Shown here: piece by piece, positions 18,264-27,510 of the stretch
How positions within the stretch are numbered: position 1 is the stretch's first letter
Layout of the letters: the number at the start of each line of letters is the position of its first letter
Assembly (NCBI GenBank): GCA_024655865.1
Contig: JANLFM010000004.1
Location: forward strand, 19,040 to 83,039
Length of the DNA: 64,000 nt
DNA from: Caldisericota bacterium
Lineage (GTDB): Bacteria; Caldisericota; JANLFM01
Direction: 5' to 3'
The notes under the pieces: generated by a model
What the model was told of the DNA's origin: nothing
The model's input: the letters and a program-made list of their open reading frames with translations, nothing else
The model's database searches: none
Program-made: the position numbers and the translations under genes

Positions 18264-20768
18264 TTATTTTACACCGATCCAGGAGCTGATTTCTTTTAAG
18301 TAAAGTTCCACGAGCCTCCTTGCCACTTCCTCCGTATCCGCTTCCGCATTTATATGAAGCAGGGGGCGGTCCTTATCGGGCAGGACCAGCACCCAGGAGT
18401 TATCGAAGTAGATCTTCACGCCGTCCAGGGCCACGATCTTGTTCCTGGCGTTCTCCTCTAAAAGTCTCCGAATTACGGTTCCCTTCATCTCCCAGGGGCA
18501 GGCCAGGTGTTCCCGCACCATGGCTCTGGGCTTAATCAACGAGGAGACCTCCCTCAGGATGGCCTTCTCCAGGGAAAGGAGCTCCAGAATTTTAGCCAGG
18601 GCAAACATTCCGTCCGTGAAGGGCTGGAACTCCGGGAAGATGTACCCGTTTTTCACCTCTCCCACAAAAACGGCCTCTTTCTTCTTAGCCTCTAACATCA
18701 TGGCGCTGCTTGAGGTCTTGGTGTAGATTACCCTTCCTTCAAATGACCTGGCGATCTCTTCCAGGGTAGAGGAAGCGGTAACCGGAACGGCGATTGTTTT
18801 CCCCGGTTGAGCCTTGAGCACAAGATAGGCGATGCAGGCCAGGCTCTCATCGCCGGAAAGTATCCTACCCCGATCGTCCACCAGAAAGAGCTTCTCTGCT
18901 CCGGCATCCAGCATGAAGCCGGCGTTGCATTTTAAGGAAACGACAATCTCGGCCAGGGTTTTTAGGGCTTCCTCGTACTCTTCCTCCGACTTGGTAATCT
19001 TCCTTTCGTCCAGATAGGCGTTGAGGGCCACTACCTCCACCCCCATCTTTCCAAAGAGCATGGGGAGGACAGTGGAAGCAGTGCCGAAACCATAATCCAC
19101 CACGACCTTAAACCGCGCATCCCTCAAAGCATCAAGGTTTAGGGCGTGAAGGAATGATTCCTGATAGTACTCCAGGATCCTCGAGGGGAAGGAAATTGTC
19201 CCCACTTCTTCGGGGCTCACCCTCAGGAACTCCTCCCGGAAGTAAGAGTTTTCAATAGCTTTTTCCCTCACCGGAGGCAGGTCCAGACCAGTCTCGTCGA
19301 AAAACTTGATATCTATTACCTGGGGGTTAAAGGGAGATTTGCGCACGTGAACCCCTCCCGCTGCCTCCAGGCTGACGATAGCCTGTCTGGCAACAGGAAT
19401 GGCCACCTGTCCCAAATCGTAGACGTTAATGCCCGTTGAAAGGAGGCCGGCCATCAGCGAGCGGTGAATCAAGCGAGATGCCCTGTGCCCATCGTAAGAG
19501 GATATGACCGCCTGACCCTTTTTCAAGAGGGTGCCGTAAGCTGCCCCCACTTTAGCCGCGAACTCCGGGGTGATTTCCTGGTTGGCCAGGCCGGTGATGC
19601 CGTAATTGCCAAAGAGGTTCCTCGTCCAGCGATCCCCCCAGATCAGGCTTCCGGTGAGGTAAGCACCTCCCTCCACGTGTTTGTAGGGCCAAACCCTCAC
19701 ACCACTCGATACGGTGGCTTTGTTTCCGATCAAGCAACCGTCGGCGATTACGCTTCCTTCCTGGATGGAAGCTATGGACCCGACCTTCACCCCGTATCCC
19801 AAAATCGCCTTCTTGATGCGCGCATCTTTGCCGATCTCGCAATTGCTCCAGATAACGGAATCAGTAATCTGTGCACCTTCCCAGATCACCGTTCGGGGTC
19901 CGATCACGGAATCATGGAGGTAAGCGCCCTCCCCCACCTGCGAGCCTTCCCCTAAAATCACCGTTCCCCTGAGCCTTGCCCGGGGATGGATTTTCACTCC
20001 TTCTCCCACCCAAACGTCCATTCCCACACGGTTTATCCTGGTTCCTTCCACCTTCAAATTCACTTCCCCGTGGAGGACGTCCATGTGCGCCAGGCGGTAG
20101 TCTTCGAGGTTGCCGATATCCCTCCAGTATCCTGGTGCAATCAATCCATGAAGGGAGAATCCCTCTTTGAGAAGAATGGGAAAGAGGTCTTTGGAAAAGT
20201 CAAAGGGATAATCAGGGGGGATTTTCTCTAAGACTTCTGGTTCCAGAACGTATATTCCAGTATTTACCGTGTCTGAGAAGACCTCTCCCCATGTGGGTTT
20301 TTCTAAGAAAGAGAGAACCCTGCCGTCCTCTCCGGTGATCACGATGCCGTAAGCCCGGGGGTCTTTGACCCTGGTCAGGAGAATGGTAGCGGAGGATTTC
20401 TTCTCTTTATGGAAACGGAGGGCGGCTTCAAGGTCGAAATCCGTGAGCACGTCCGCGGAAATTACAAGGAAAGTGTCCTCCAGGTAGGGCTGAGCTTTCT
20501 TTACGCTGCCTGCGGTGCCAAAATCCGCCTCAGGTTTAATGTAATCAATCCTCAGGCCCCATCTTTTCCCATCCTGGAAATAGTTCTGGATGGCTTCCGG
20601 TTGGAAGTAGAGGAGCACAATCAACTCCTTGAAACCGTGGTTTTTCAAAAGCTCCACCACGTGTTCCATGATGGGGCGATTAATTACCGGGACCATGGGT
20701 TTGGGGATGTTCATAGTTAAAGGACGGAGGCGCGTGCCGAAACCTCCCGCCATAATCACTGCTTTCAT
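18264..20768 (-). CDS. Mannose-1-phosphate guanylyltransferase / phosphohexomutase-domain fusion
   Basis: MAGGFGTRLRPLT, a beta-helix, then LFGNYGITG and a PGM/PMM-like region. Start set at MKAV after a GGGG Shine-Dalgarno. Confidence 0.85.
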   Translation of the reverse strand: MKAVIMAGGFGTRLRPLTMNIPKPMVPVINRPIMEHVVELLKNHGFKELIVLLYFQPEAIQNYFQDGKRWGLRIDYIKPEADFGTAGSVKKAQPYLEDTFLVISADVLTDFDLEAALRFHKEKKSSATILLTRVKDPRAYGIVITGEDGRVLSFLEKPTWGEVFSDTVNTGIYVLEPEVLEKIPPDYPFDFSKDLFPILLKEGFSLHGLIAPGYWRDIGNLEDYRLAHMDVLHGEVNLKVEGTRINRVGMDVWVGEGVKIHPRARLRGTVILGEGSQVGEGAYLHDSVIGPRTVIWEGAQITDSVIWSNCEIGKDARIKKAILGYGVKVGSIASIQEGSVIADGCLIGNKATVSSGVRVWPYKHVEGGAYLTGSLIWGDRWTRNLFGNYGITGLANQEITPEFAAKVGAAYGTLLKKGQAVISSYDGHRASRLIHRSLMAGLLSTGINVYDLGQVAIPVARQAIVSLEAAGGVHVRKSPFNPQVIDIKFFDETGLDLPPVREKAIENSYFREEFLRVSPEEVGTISFPSRILEYYQESFLHALNLDALRDARFKVVVDYGFGTASTVLPMLFGKMGVEVVALNAYLDERKITKSEEEYEEALKTLAEIVVSLKCNAGFMLDAGAEKLFLVDDRGRILSGDESLACIAYLVLKAQPGKTIAVPVTASSTLEEIARSFEGRVIYTKTSSSAMMLEAKKKEAVFVGEVKNGYIFPEFQPFTDGMFALAKILELLSLEKAILREVSSLIKPRAMVREHLACPWEMKGTVIRRLLEENARNKIVALDGVKIYFDNSWVLVLPDKDRPLLHINAEADTEEVARRLVELYLKEISSWIGVK

Positions 20769-20815
20769 GTGCGCACCCCCTTTCTTTCGCTCATGCCATC
20801 TCACTTATTTTACTC

Positions 20816-20920
20816 AAAAATGGGGACTGTCCCTATATTTTTTATGCGGGATGGGGAGCCGCTTTCCGGCCTCATTTTTCCAATTTTTGCGAATAAAAAA
20901 TGGGGACAGTCCCTATTTTT
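20816..20920. repeat. Inverted pair of GGGGAC(T/A)GTCCC repeats (miniature element)
   Basis: AAAAATGGGGACTGTCCCTA at 20816 and AAAAAATGGGGACAGTCCCTATTTTT at 20895, in inverted orientation. Confidence 0.7.
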
Positions 20921-21537
20921 CAAATCGGCTTCGCCGTAAAGAGGTCCTCCACCTCCCGCCGGTCGTCCCCGGTCTTCGCCTTCAGCTCCCGAGCCTCCTT
21001 CAGGTACTTGGGAGCCATCACCAAAAGCATCAGCAAACCAAAGAGGAGGGTAATCCACTGGGGATTGGCAAAATACAAAAAGGCGGAGGCGCCAGCAACC
21101 CCTCCCAAAATCCCCAGGGCCATACGGCGCACAAAAATGAGCAGGGAAAGGCAAACGGCTGCGAATACAAGAAGAGCAAACCAGTTCAACCCCAAAAGTC
21201 CGCCCACCCAGGCCGCCACCCCTTTTCCTCCCTTAAAGTGCAAAAAGGGAGACCAGTTGTGACCGGCGACGCAGGAAACAGTGCAAAGGTAAGGGGCCCA
21301 GGAAGAGTCCCCCAGATGAATTCCCATAAGGCAAGCGCCCAACCCCTTTCCACCGTCTAAAAGCGCTCCTAAAATACCGGCTCCTCTGTTGACGTTGAAC
21401 ATCAAATTCCAGGCACCGGGGTTTCTGTCCCCTGTCTGAAGCAAGTCCTTTCCCTTTAGCCGTCCCAGAATATAGGAAAAGGGAATTCCACCCAATATGT
21501 ACGAAATAAAAATCAGGCCCAAATCCTTGTAAGGCAT
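20920..21537 (-). CDS. PlsY-family glycerol-3-phosphate acyltransferase-like protein
   Basis: SYILGGIPF, GDRNPGAWN, DGGKG and GHNWSPFLHFKGGKG motifs. Confidence 0.82.
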   Translation of the reverse strand: MPYKDLGLIFISYILGGIPFSYILGRLKGKDLLQTGDRNPGAWNLMFNVNRGAGILGALLDGGKGLGACLMGIHLGDSSWAPYLCTVSCVAGHNWSPFLHFKGGKGVAAWVGGLLGLNWFALLVFAAVCLSLLIFVRRMALGILGGVAGASAFLYFANPQWITLLFGLLMLLVMAPKYLKEARELKAKTGDDRREVEDLFTAKPI

Positions 21538-21592
21538 TTTTCCCTCCTTTCTCAATACACCCTTCAATCAAGCTTTCTCGGTACACCTTCAA

Positions 21593-22813
21593 TCAAGAGT
21601 AGTGGAGAGGGACCCTGCTCTCCTCCTCTTCCTCAGAATCCAGCCAGGGTTCCTCGCTGGCTTTTGTCCTGTACTTCCTGCCCTTCCATATTACCCCTAT
21701 GCCGCTTAGGTGGAGAAAGACAGAAAAGAGGGCGATTAAGTTGATATGAATCACGGAGAGTGGATGAAGAAGGGCATCCCCACGTGATTGGAAGCGGAAG
21801 GATTGGTAAAATCTCAGTCCGATGATCACCGCCACCTGAACCGAGATCATTAAATTTGCCGGGGCAGGATAACCTGCTCCCAGAAGCATTCTGAGCAAAT
21901 AGAAGAATGGGGTGAGGAACAGGGCGTCGAAGATGGCCATCACCAGAATAAGGGGTAGGAGGCGAAATTGAAAGACAGCAAACAGGAATTTGGAGAAGCC
22001 CAGCCAGACCTCCTTCAAGCTCCGGTACATTCTGCAGAAAACCAGGGAATTCCCGTCCAGGAAAAGGGGGGCCAGGCCAAATTCCTTTATCCTCCGGGCG
22101 AGCATTATGTCCTCCACTACTTCCCCTTTTACCGAGGCATGGCCTCCGATTGCGCGGTAAGCCGTCCTCCTGAATATCATAAACTGCCCCACAGCCATGG
22201 AGATCAGAGGGTTAGGGCTGTTGCGGATTAAATTAAAGGGAAGAAAGCACATGGGGGCGAAGTGCATGAAGGGGACGATCATCCTCTCCCAGATGGTGCC
22301 GGTAACCTCTGTAGGAAAGAGGCTTAAAAAATCGCTTCCGGTCTCTTGAAGAGCGGCAAGGCCAGCCCTGACGGCACCAGGGGAGAGCCAGGTATCGGCA
22401 TCCATAAAAAGCAGAATTTCTCCTTCGGCCTCCTGGGCAAGCTGATGGCAGGCGTAGTTTTTCCCCACCCACCCTTTAGGGAGGGCCTTGCCCTCTATGA
22501 TTTTTAGCCGCTTTTCCGGATATTGCTTTTTCAGCTCTTCCAAAATCTCCCTGGTTTTGTCCGTGGATTGGTCGTCCAGAACGATGATTTCCAAATTTTC
22601 GTAGTCCTGAGAAAGGATGCTCTGGATTGAGCGGCGGATATTCCTTTCCTCGTTCCTTGCAGGAACAAGCACTGAGACCAGGGGTTTGCTTAAGAGAAGG
22701 CAATTTCCAAAATCGCGCAAGAACAAAAGGTCCTTCAGGTTCCTGCGGAAATTCCAGAGGACCCAGAGTAAACCAGTAGTAACCAGTCCCTGATAAAGAA
22801 TAAATAAAGCCAA
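21593..22813 (-). CDS. Membrane GT2 glycosyltransferase (carotenoid/lipid glucosyltransferase-like)
   Basis: VPARNEE, GWVGKNYACHQL, DAD, VED, CRMY and WKGR motifs. Confidence 0.8.
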   Translation of the reverse strand: MALFILYQGLVTTGLLWVLWNFRRNLKDLLFLRDFGNCLLLSKPLVSVLVPARNEERNIRRSIQSILSQDYENLEIIVLDDQSTDKTREILEELKKQYPEKRLKIIEGKALPKGWVGKNYACHQLAQEAEGEILLFMDADTWLSPGAVRAGLAALQETGSDFLSLFPTEVTGTIWERMIVPFMHFAPMCFLPFNLIRNSPNPLISMAVGQFMIFRRTAYRAIGGHASVKGEVVEDIMLARRIKEFGLAPLFLDGNSLVFCRMYRSLKEVWLGFSKFLFAVFQFRLLPLILVMAIFDALFLTPFFYLLRMLLGAGYPAPANLMISVQVAVIIGLRFYQSFRFQSRGDALLHPLSVIHINLIALFSVFLHLSGIGVIWKGRKYRTKASEEPWLDSEEEEESRVPLHYS

Positions 22814-22866
22814 ACTAATCCCTTTTAATAGATCCCTTAAGCCATTCTAAGCTGAAGGAATCTACT

Positions 22867-22914
22867 TTGTCTATAAAATATTAGACGTTTTTGTTTATGA
22901 ATATTAGACATTTT
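22867..22914. promoter_or_regulatory. Tandem imperfect inverted repeats upstream of the GT2 gene (putative operator)
   Basis: TGTCTA-N8-TAGACG followed by TGTTTA-N7-TAGACA. Confidence 0.4.
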
Positions 22915-22923
22915 GAGCCCCCT

Positions 22924-24783
22924 TTACTTCCTCCTGGTTAAAATTTGCACCCGATTCCTTTCCTCTTTAAGGGGAAGGATGAAAAAGATTGACGTTCCCT
23001 GGTAAAACTTCTCCAGGCCAGCTCCAGAACTGGAGATGGTGAAAATCGGTTGCGCGCGGAAAAGGACTTCCTGGGAGAACTCAAAATGAAGCCCCAGGCC
23101 AGGGAAGGGTACAAAAAGGGACCTTCCTCTTTCTTCGGCCAGTTTCCAGTCCTTAAGACAGGACAGGTTGAGCTCGATCATGTAATAGGGCTTTCTCTTT
23201 TCCACCTCCAGGTTCAGGAGAAGCTCGTTCTCCCTGATGGTGAACTCCTTTAAAGGAATCCCCTCTCCTTTAAAGCTCAAGGTAAAAGGAGAGGCGGCCT
23301 CCACCTGATAGAGGAAAAAATTAGGCAGACTGCGCTCCCACTCCTCAGGGGAATCGAGGAAATGGTCAAGGAAGTTCTCTTTAACGTAGCGGTCGAACAC
23401 CGGCTCATTTTGGGTCCCGGAGGAAGAGGAGCCACTTCCAGAGTTTGCGCCCTGTCCTTTCTCTATATGATAGGTCTCAAGGTAGCGGGTCATGACATTG
23501 GTCAGGTTAGTAAAGGAGGGTCGGTCATCCCACTCTAAGACCCTGCCCCCTTTCCTGTGAAAGAAGAGATTGAAGGTCTTCCCCAGATAGACCCATTCCT
23601 CCAGGCCATCCTTATCGAAATCCAGCCTCGAGAAGTTCTCGGGGACAGGAAGCTCCGTTTCTGCCTTGAGGAACTCCCGGTACACGGCATCCCTCAAGAA
23701 GGGGAAGTACAGACCGCCGAAAACTCCGTGCCAGTAAGCGCAGTTGCACTGTCCGCGTAGGTAGTGTCGGAATGGCTTTCCCCTCTCACCCCTGAGCCTG
23801 TCACGGAGAAAAAGCATGCGCTTGTGCATTTTGTTGGACTCGGTGTACTTGGAAAGGAAATTTTGAAAGTAACCGCTCGAGAGAAAGCGCCTGGATTTCT
23901 GATCCATTGACGCCTTTATTCTTTTGAGCTCTAACTGTGTCCTGGGAGGAAGGGACCATTCTTCCATCTCCTCGTAGGAGGAAGGGGGAATGTACACCCT
24001 ACCTTTTGGGGGAAGGGAGCTTAAAACTTCAGAGGGAAAGACCGTCTCCACTTCTTTTTCATTCGAAAGAAGGTCCAGGAAGCGCTTCAGCCAACCATCC
24101 CGGTAAAGGCGATCGCGGGTCCCAGGCCAGAGGCCGAACTTTTCCCCGTCGTCCCCATAAACCAATACTGCATCCTGATCAGGGAAATTTTTGATATACT
24201 GGATTACCTCCTCTGGACTGCTGGCAGGGATCAGGTATCTTAAGCGTTTGGAAATGGGGAAGAGCTTCAAAGTGAATCCCTCATCCTCGGTAATAAAATA
24301 CCCGCCCAGCTCTTCCTCCTTAAGCCCCAGCTTATAGAAACCGTTATCGTCGATCAAAGTATATTCCATTCCTGCGCGGGTCAATGGTTTGATCAAGCTT
24401 GTCTCCCAGACCCTTTCTGCAAGCCAGAGTCCGTGGGATTGATAATTGAAGGTTTGTTTCAGGAACTCATTCATGAGCTCAACCTGGGCCACGATGTCCT
24501 CTTCCGGGATCATGGGCAGGATGGGCTCGTAGAAGCCCCCGCTCAAAAGCTCTAACTGTCCCCTCCCCAAGAGCTCCCGGATTAGGTCCAGGTAATGGTG
24601 CTGGTTTTTCTCGAGCAGGTATTCGTAAATCGGGCCAGAAATGTGTAGGGCTACCTTGATGGTGGGAAATTCCTTCAGGGTCTGAAGGAAGGGAAGGTAA
24701 GCCTCCTTTAAGGCCTTCTCGAAGACCTCGGTGAAGTTTCCCACCGGTTGATGGTTGTGCACGCAAAAAACGAACTTTTTCAT
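22924..24783 (-). CDS. GH57 alpha-amylase/4-alpha-glucanotransferase
   Basis: HNHQPVGN, GGFYEPIL, WLAERVWE, DDGEKFG and YWHGVFGGLY motifs. Confidence 0.9.
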   Translation of the reverse strand: MKKFVFCVHNHQPVGNFTEVFEKALKEAYLPFLQTLKEFPTIKVALHISGPIYEYLLEKNQHHYLDLIRELLGRGQLELLSGGFYEPILPMIPEEDIVAQVELMNEFLKQTFNYQSHGLWLAERVWETSLIKPLTRAGMEYTLIDDNGFYKLGLKEEELGGYFITEDEGFTLKLFPISKRLRYLIPASSPEEVIQYIKNFPDQDAVLVYGDDGEKFGLWPGTRDRLYRDGWLKRFLDLLSNEKEVETVFPSEVLSSLPPKGRVYIPPSSYEEMEEWSLPPRTQLELKRIKASMDQKSRRFLSSGYFQNFLSKYTESNKMHKRMLFLRDRLRGERGKPFRHYLRGQCNCAYWHGVFGGLYFPFLRDAVYREFLKAETELPVPENFSRLDFDKDGLEEWVYLGKTFNLFFHRKGGRVLEWDDRPSFTNLTNVMTRYLETYHIEKGQGANSGSGSSSSGTQNEPVFDRYVKENFLDHFLDSPEEWERSLPNFFLYQVEAASPFTLSFKGEGIPLKEFTIRENELLLNLEVEKRKPYYMIELNLSCLKDWKLAEERGRSLFVPFPGLGLHFEFSQEVLFRAQPIFTISSSGAGLEKFYQGTSIFFILPLKEERNRVQILTRRK

Positions 24784-24829
24784 GGTGTCTCCTTTATGGT
24801 CTCAAACGCAGCGTGAGGACAGATGATCT

Positions 24830-25026
24830 AAATAGGGACTGTCCCCAATTATTTCGAGACTGAGAGAACTCAACAATTCCTGAGTTCCTGTCGCTCGCAT
24901 TAACAGATTAACGACTTTTATGAAAATGATACAATTTTCTTCTAAAAACTAAAAATAGCGTCTCCTAAACCAGATCAGAAAAGAGATAGCGGCCCCACAA
25001 AAAATGGGGACTGTCCCCAATTATTT
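24830..25026. repeat. Two further GGGACTGTCCCCAATTATTT repeat copies (direct orientation)
   Basis: Copies at 24830-24854 and 24999-25026. Confidence 0.7.
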
Positions 25027-25061
25027 GACAGGGGGTTCCTCTTTCTCTAATATCAAAAACT

Positions 25062-27500
25062 GTGAAAATAACATTCGTTACCGCAGAAGCTGCTCCATTT
25101 GCCAAGATCGGGGGCCTGGGTGATGTAGCCAGCTCCCTTCCCAAAGCGCTCGCCCAGAAAGGTCACGCTCTTTCCGTGATCATTCCCGGATATTCCCTGA
25201 TCCCCGGGATCAAGGAGATGGAGGAAATTGCTAACTTCTCCGTTCCCTGGCAGGGGGGTGAGGAGCGCGTTCTTCTGCGCAAAAAGAGCCTCTGGGACAT
25301 CGATTTTTACTTTTTGGAAAACCAGAGGTACTCGAGCCGGGAGAAGATTTATGGCTATCCGGACGACGCCCTGCGCTTCGCCTTTTTTTCCCGATCCACC
25401 CTGGAGTCCCTGAAGGTCATAGGATTCCCTGAGCTCCTCCACCTCCACGACTGGCACAGCTGTCCCATTTTCCTCTATCTGGGAACAGTTTACAAGGATA
25501 ACCCCGATTATTCCCGCCTGGCCACGGTTTTCACGATCCACAATTTGGCCTTTCAGGGTATCCAGGATCCGCACTTCCTGAATGAAGCGGGAATTCCGAT
25601 TTCCCCTCATGATGAGAGGGTGGAGTTTTACGGAAAGGTGAACCTCCTCAAAGCCGGGATCCTCTCCTCGGATATGGTGACTACGGTGAGCGAAACCTAC
25701 GCCCGGGAAATCCAGACCCCTGCTTTAGGCATGGGGCTGGAGGGAGTCCTCGCCCTGCGCAAAAAACAGCTCGTGGGCATTACAAACGGCATCGACACCG
25801 AGGAGTTTGACCCCGCGGAATTCGGATATAAATCGGGAGATCCTTCCTCCTTTAAGGTCAGAGCCAAGCAGGTTCTTCAGCAAAAGCTGGGCCTGGAGGT
25901 AAATGAGAAAATTCCACTTTTGGCCTTGGTTTCCCGCCTGACCGATCAGAAAGGCCTGGACCTTTTCCCTCCCATCCTGGACCAGCTCATGGCCAAAGAT
26001 GTGCAGCTTGTGATCCTGGGACAGGGCGAGGAGCGCTATCAAGCCTTTTTTAAGGAAGCGGCATCAAGGTACCCGGAGAGGATCTCCCTGAATTTGACCT
26101 TCGATCCGGAACTCGCCAAACTGATCTACGCTGGAGCGGACATCTTCCTCATGCCCTCTCGTTTCGAGCCCTGTGGCCTGGGGCAGATGATTGCCATGCG
26201 CTACGGAACGATTCCTGTGGTCAGGAAAACCGGAGGATTGGCGGACACCGTAATTCATTTCGACCGGGAGGGAGGAACTGGAAACGGTTTCCTCTTCAGC
26301 CAGTATGAACCCCGCTCTTTCTTAGAGGCTATAATAGAGTGCCTGGAAGTCTACCGTGACAGGAGCCTCTGGATACAGCTTGTGCGCAATGCCCTATCAA
26401 GCGATTTCTCCTGGGGAAAGACGGTTTTTAAGTACGAGGAGGTTTACCGCCGGGCCATTTACCTGCACGCCAAAAAAATAGGGACCGTGAATCCCCCGGA
26501 AATCCGCAAGGATCCGATTTTGGAGGAGTGGGCAATCATTGCCAAGGGGAGGACAAAAAGGCCCAGCGATTACAAGTCAAAAGAGGACGAGTATCAGAAG
26601 AACCAGCTGGAGAACTGCCCCTTCTGCCAGGGAAACGAAAAAATGACCCCGGATGAGCTTTATGCTTTTCGCCCCAACGGAGGGAAGCCCAACTCCCCCG
26701 GCTGGGAAGTGCGCGTTTTCGACAACAAATACCCGGCTTTGATGAAGGATGAGGACCCGGCACACGGGCACTCCTGGCTCTTCACGCACATCTCCGGCGT
26801 GGGAGCGCATGAGGTGATTGTGGAGACTCCGGACCATCATAGGGACCTTCCTGATCTTTCTGACGAACAATTGATTCATGTCCTCAGGGCATACCGGGAA
26901 AGGTATCGCGTTTTATCCCTGAACAAGGACCTGCGCTATATTTTGATTTTCCGCAACCACGGGCGTTCCGCAGGGGCATCCCTGTCCCACCCTCATTCCC
27001 AGTTAATTGCCACACCCATCGTTCCCAGGCGCATCAAGGAGGAACTGGATTCCGCCCACACTTTCTACGAGCATACCGGGGAATGCATTTTCTGCGCCTT
27101 AATCAGGGAGGAACTGGAACAAAAGCAACGGGTGATCTTAGAGAATCAGGATTTTCTGGCCTTCGCCCCCTACGCCTCGCGCTTCCCCTTTGAAATCACG
27201 GTCATCCCCAAAAGACACCAGGCGGCATTCTCCGATCTGGAAAACGGGGAGCTCCTTTCCCTGGCACAAATGCTCAAGGATGTCCTGGGCCGGTTGAAGA
27301 GAGGAGTTAATGACCCTCCTTACAATATGATGATTCACTCCGCACCCCTGGGCTTCCTTTACATCCCTTACTATCACTGGCATATCGAGATCATTCCCAG
27401 GCTGACAACGCCCGCTGGTTTCGAGTGGGGAACGGACTTTTATATCAACCCCACCCCCCCGGAGGAGGCGGCCCGATTCCTTAAAGAGGGAAAGATCTAA
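25062..27500 (+). CDS. glgA: Glycogen synthase GlgA fused to a GalT-family nucleotidyltransferase
   Basis: KIGGLGDV, HDWH and EPCGLGQM in the N-terminal part; EIRKDP, CPFC and HPHSQ (GalT) in the C-terminal part; one continuous frame. Confidence 0.85.
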   Translation: MKITFVTAEAAPFAKIGGLGDVASSLPKALAQKGHALSVIIPGYSLIPGIKEMEEIANFSVPWQGGEERVLLRKKSLWDIDFYFLENQRYSSREKIYGYPDDALRFAFFSRSTLESLKVIGFPELLHLHDWHSCPIFLYLGTVYKDNPDYSRLATVFTIHNLAFQGIQDPHFLNEAGIPISPHDERVEFYGKVNLLKAGILSSDMVTTVSETYAREIQTPALGMGLEGVLALRKKQLVGITNGIDTEEFDPAEFGYKSGDPSSFKVRAKQVLQQKLGLEVNEKIPLLALVSRLTDQKGLDLFPPILDQLMAKDVQLVILGQGEERYQAFFKEAASRYPERISLNLTFDPELAKLIYAGADIFLMPSRFEPCGLGQMIAMRYGTIPVVRKTGGLADTVIHFDREGGTGNGFLFSQYEPRSFLEAIIECLEVYRDRSLWIQLVRNALSSDFSWGKTVFKYEEVYRRAIYLHAKKIGTVNPPEIRKDPILEEWAIIAKGRTKRPSDYKSKEDEYQKNQLENCPFCQGNEKMTPDELYAFRPNGGKPNSPGWEVRVFDNKYPALMKDEDPAHGHSWLFTHISGVGAHEVIVETPDHHRDLPDLSDEQLIHVLRAYRERYRVLSLNKDLRYILIFRNHGRSAGASLSHPHSQLIATPIVPRRIKEELDSAHTFYEHTGECIFCALIREELEQKQRVILENQDFLAFAPYASRFPFEITVIPKRHQAAFSDLENGELLSLAQMLKDVLGRLKRGVNDPPYNMMIHSAPLGFLYIPYYHWHIEIIPRLTTPAGFEWGTDFYINPTPPEEAARFLKEGKI

Positions 27501-27510
27501 CGGGGAAGAC

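Noticed and set aside
20629-21360. Long antisense and alternative-frame ORFs (e.g. 20629-21360 +, 7388-8146 +, 45225-45953 -)
   Set aside because: Shadows of well-supported genes on the opposite strand, with no motifs of their own.
21548-21597. ~25-bp imperfect tandem duplication between the GT2 and PlsY-like genes
   Set aside because: Two copies only and no clear function; probably local slippage.
26472-26486. AAAAAATAGGGAC at the glgA-galT junction as a remnant of the GGGACTGTCCC repeat
   Set aside because: The match is short and lacks the palindromic half, so it could be chance.
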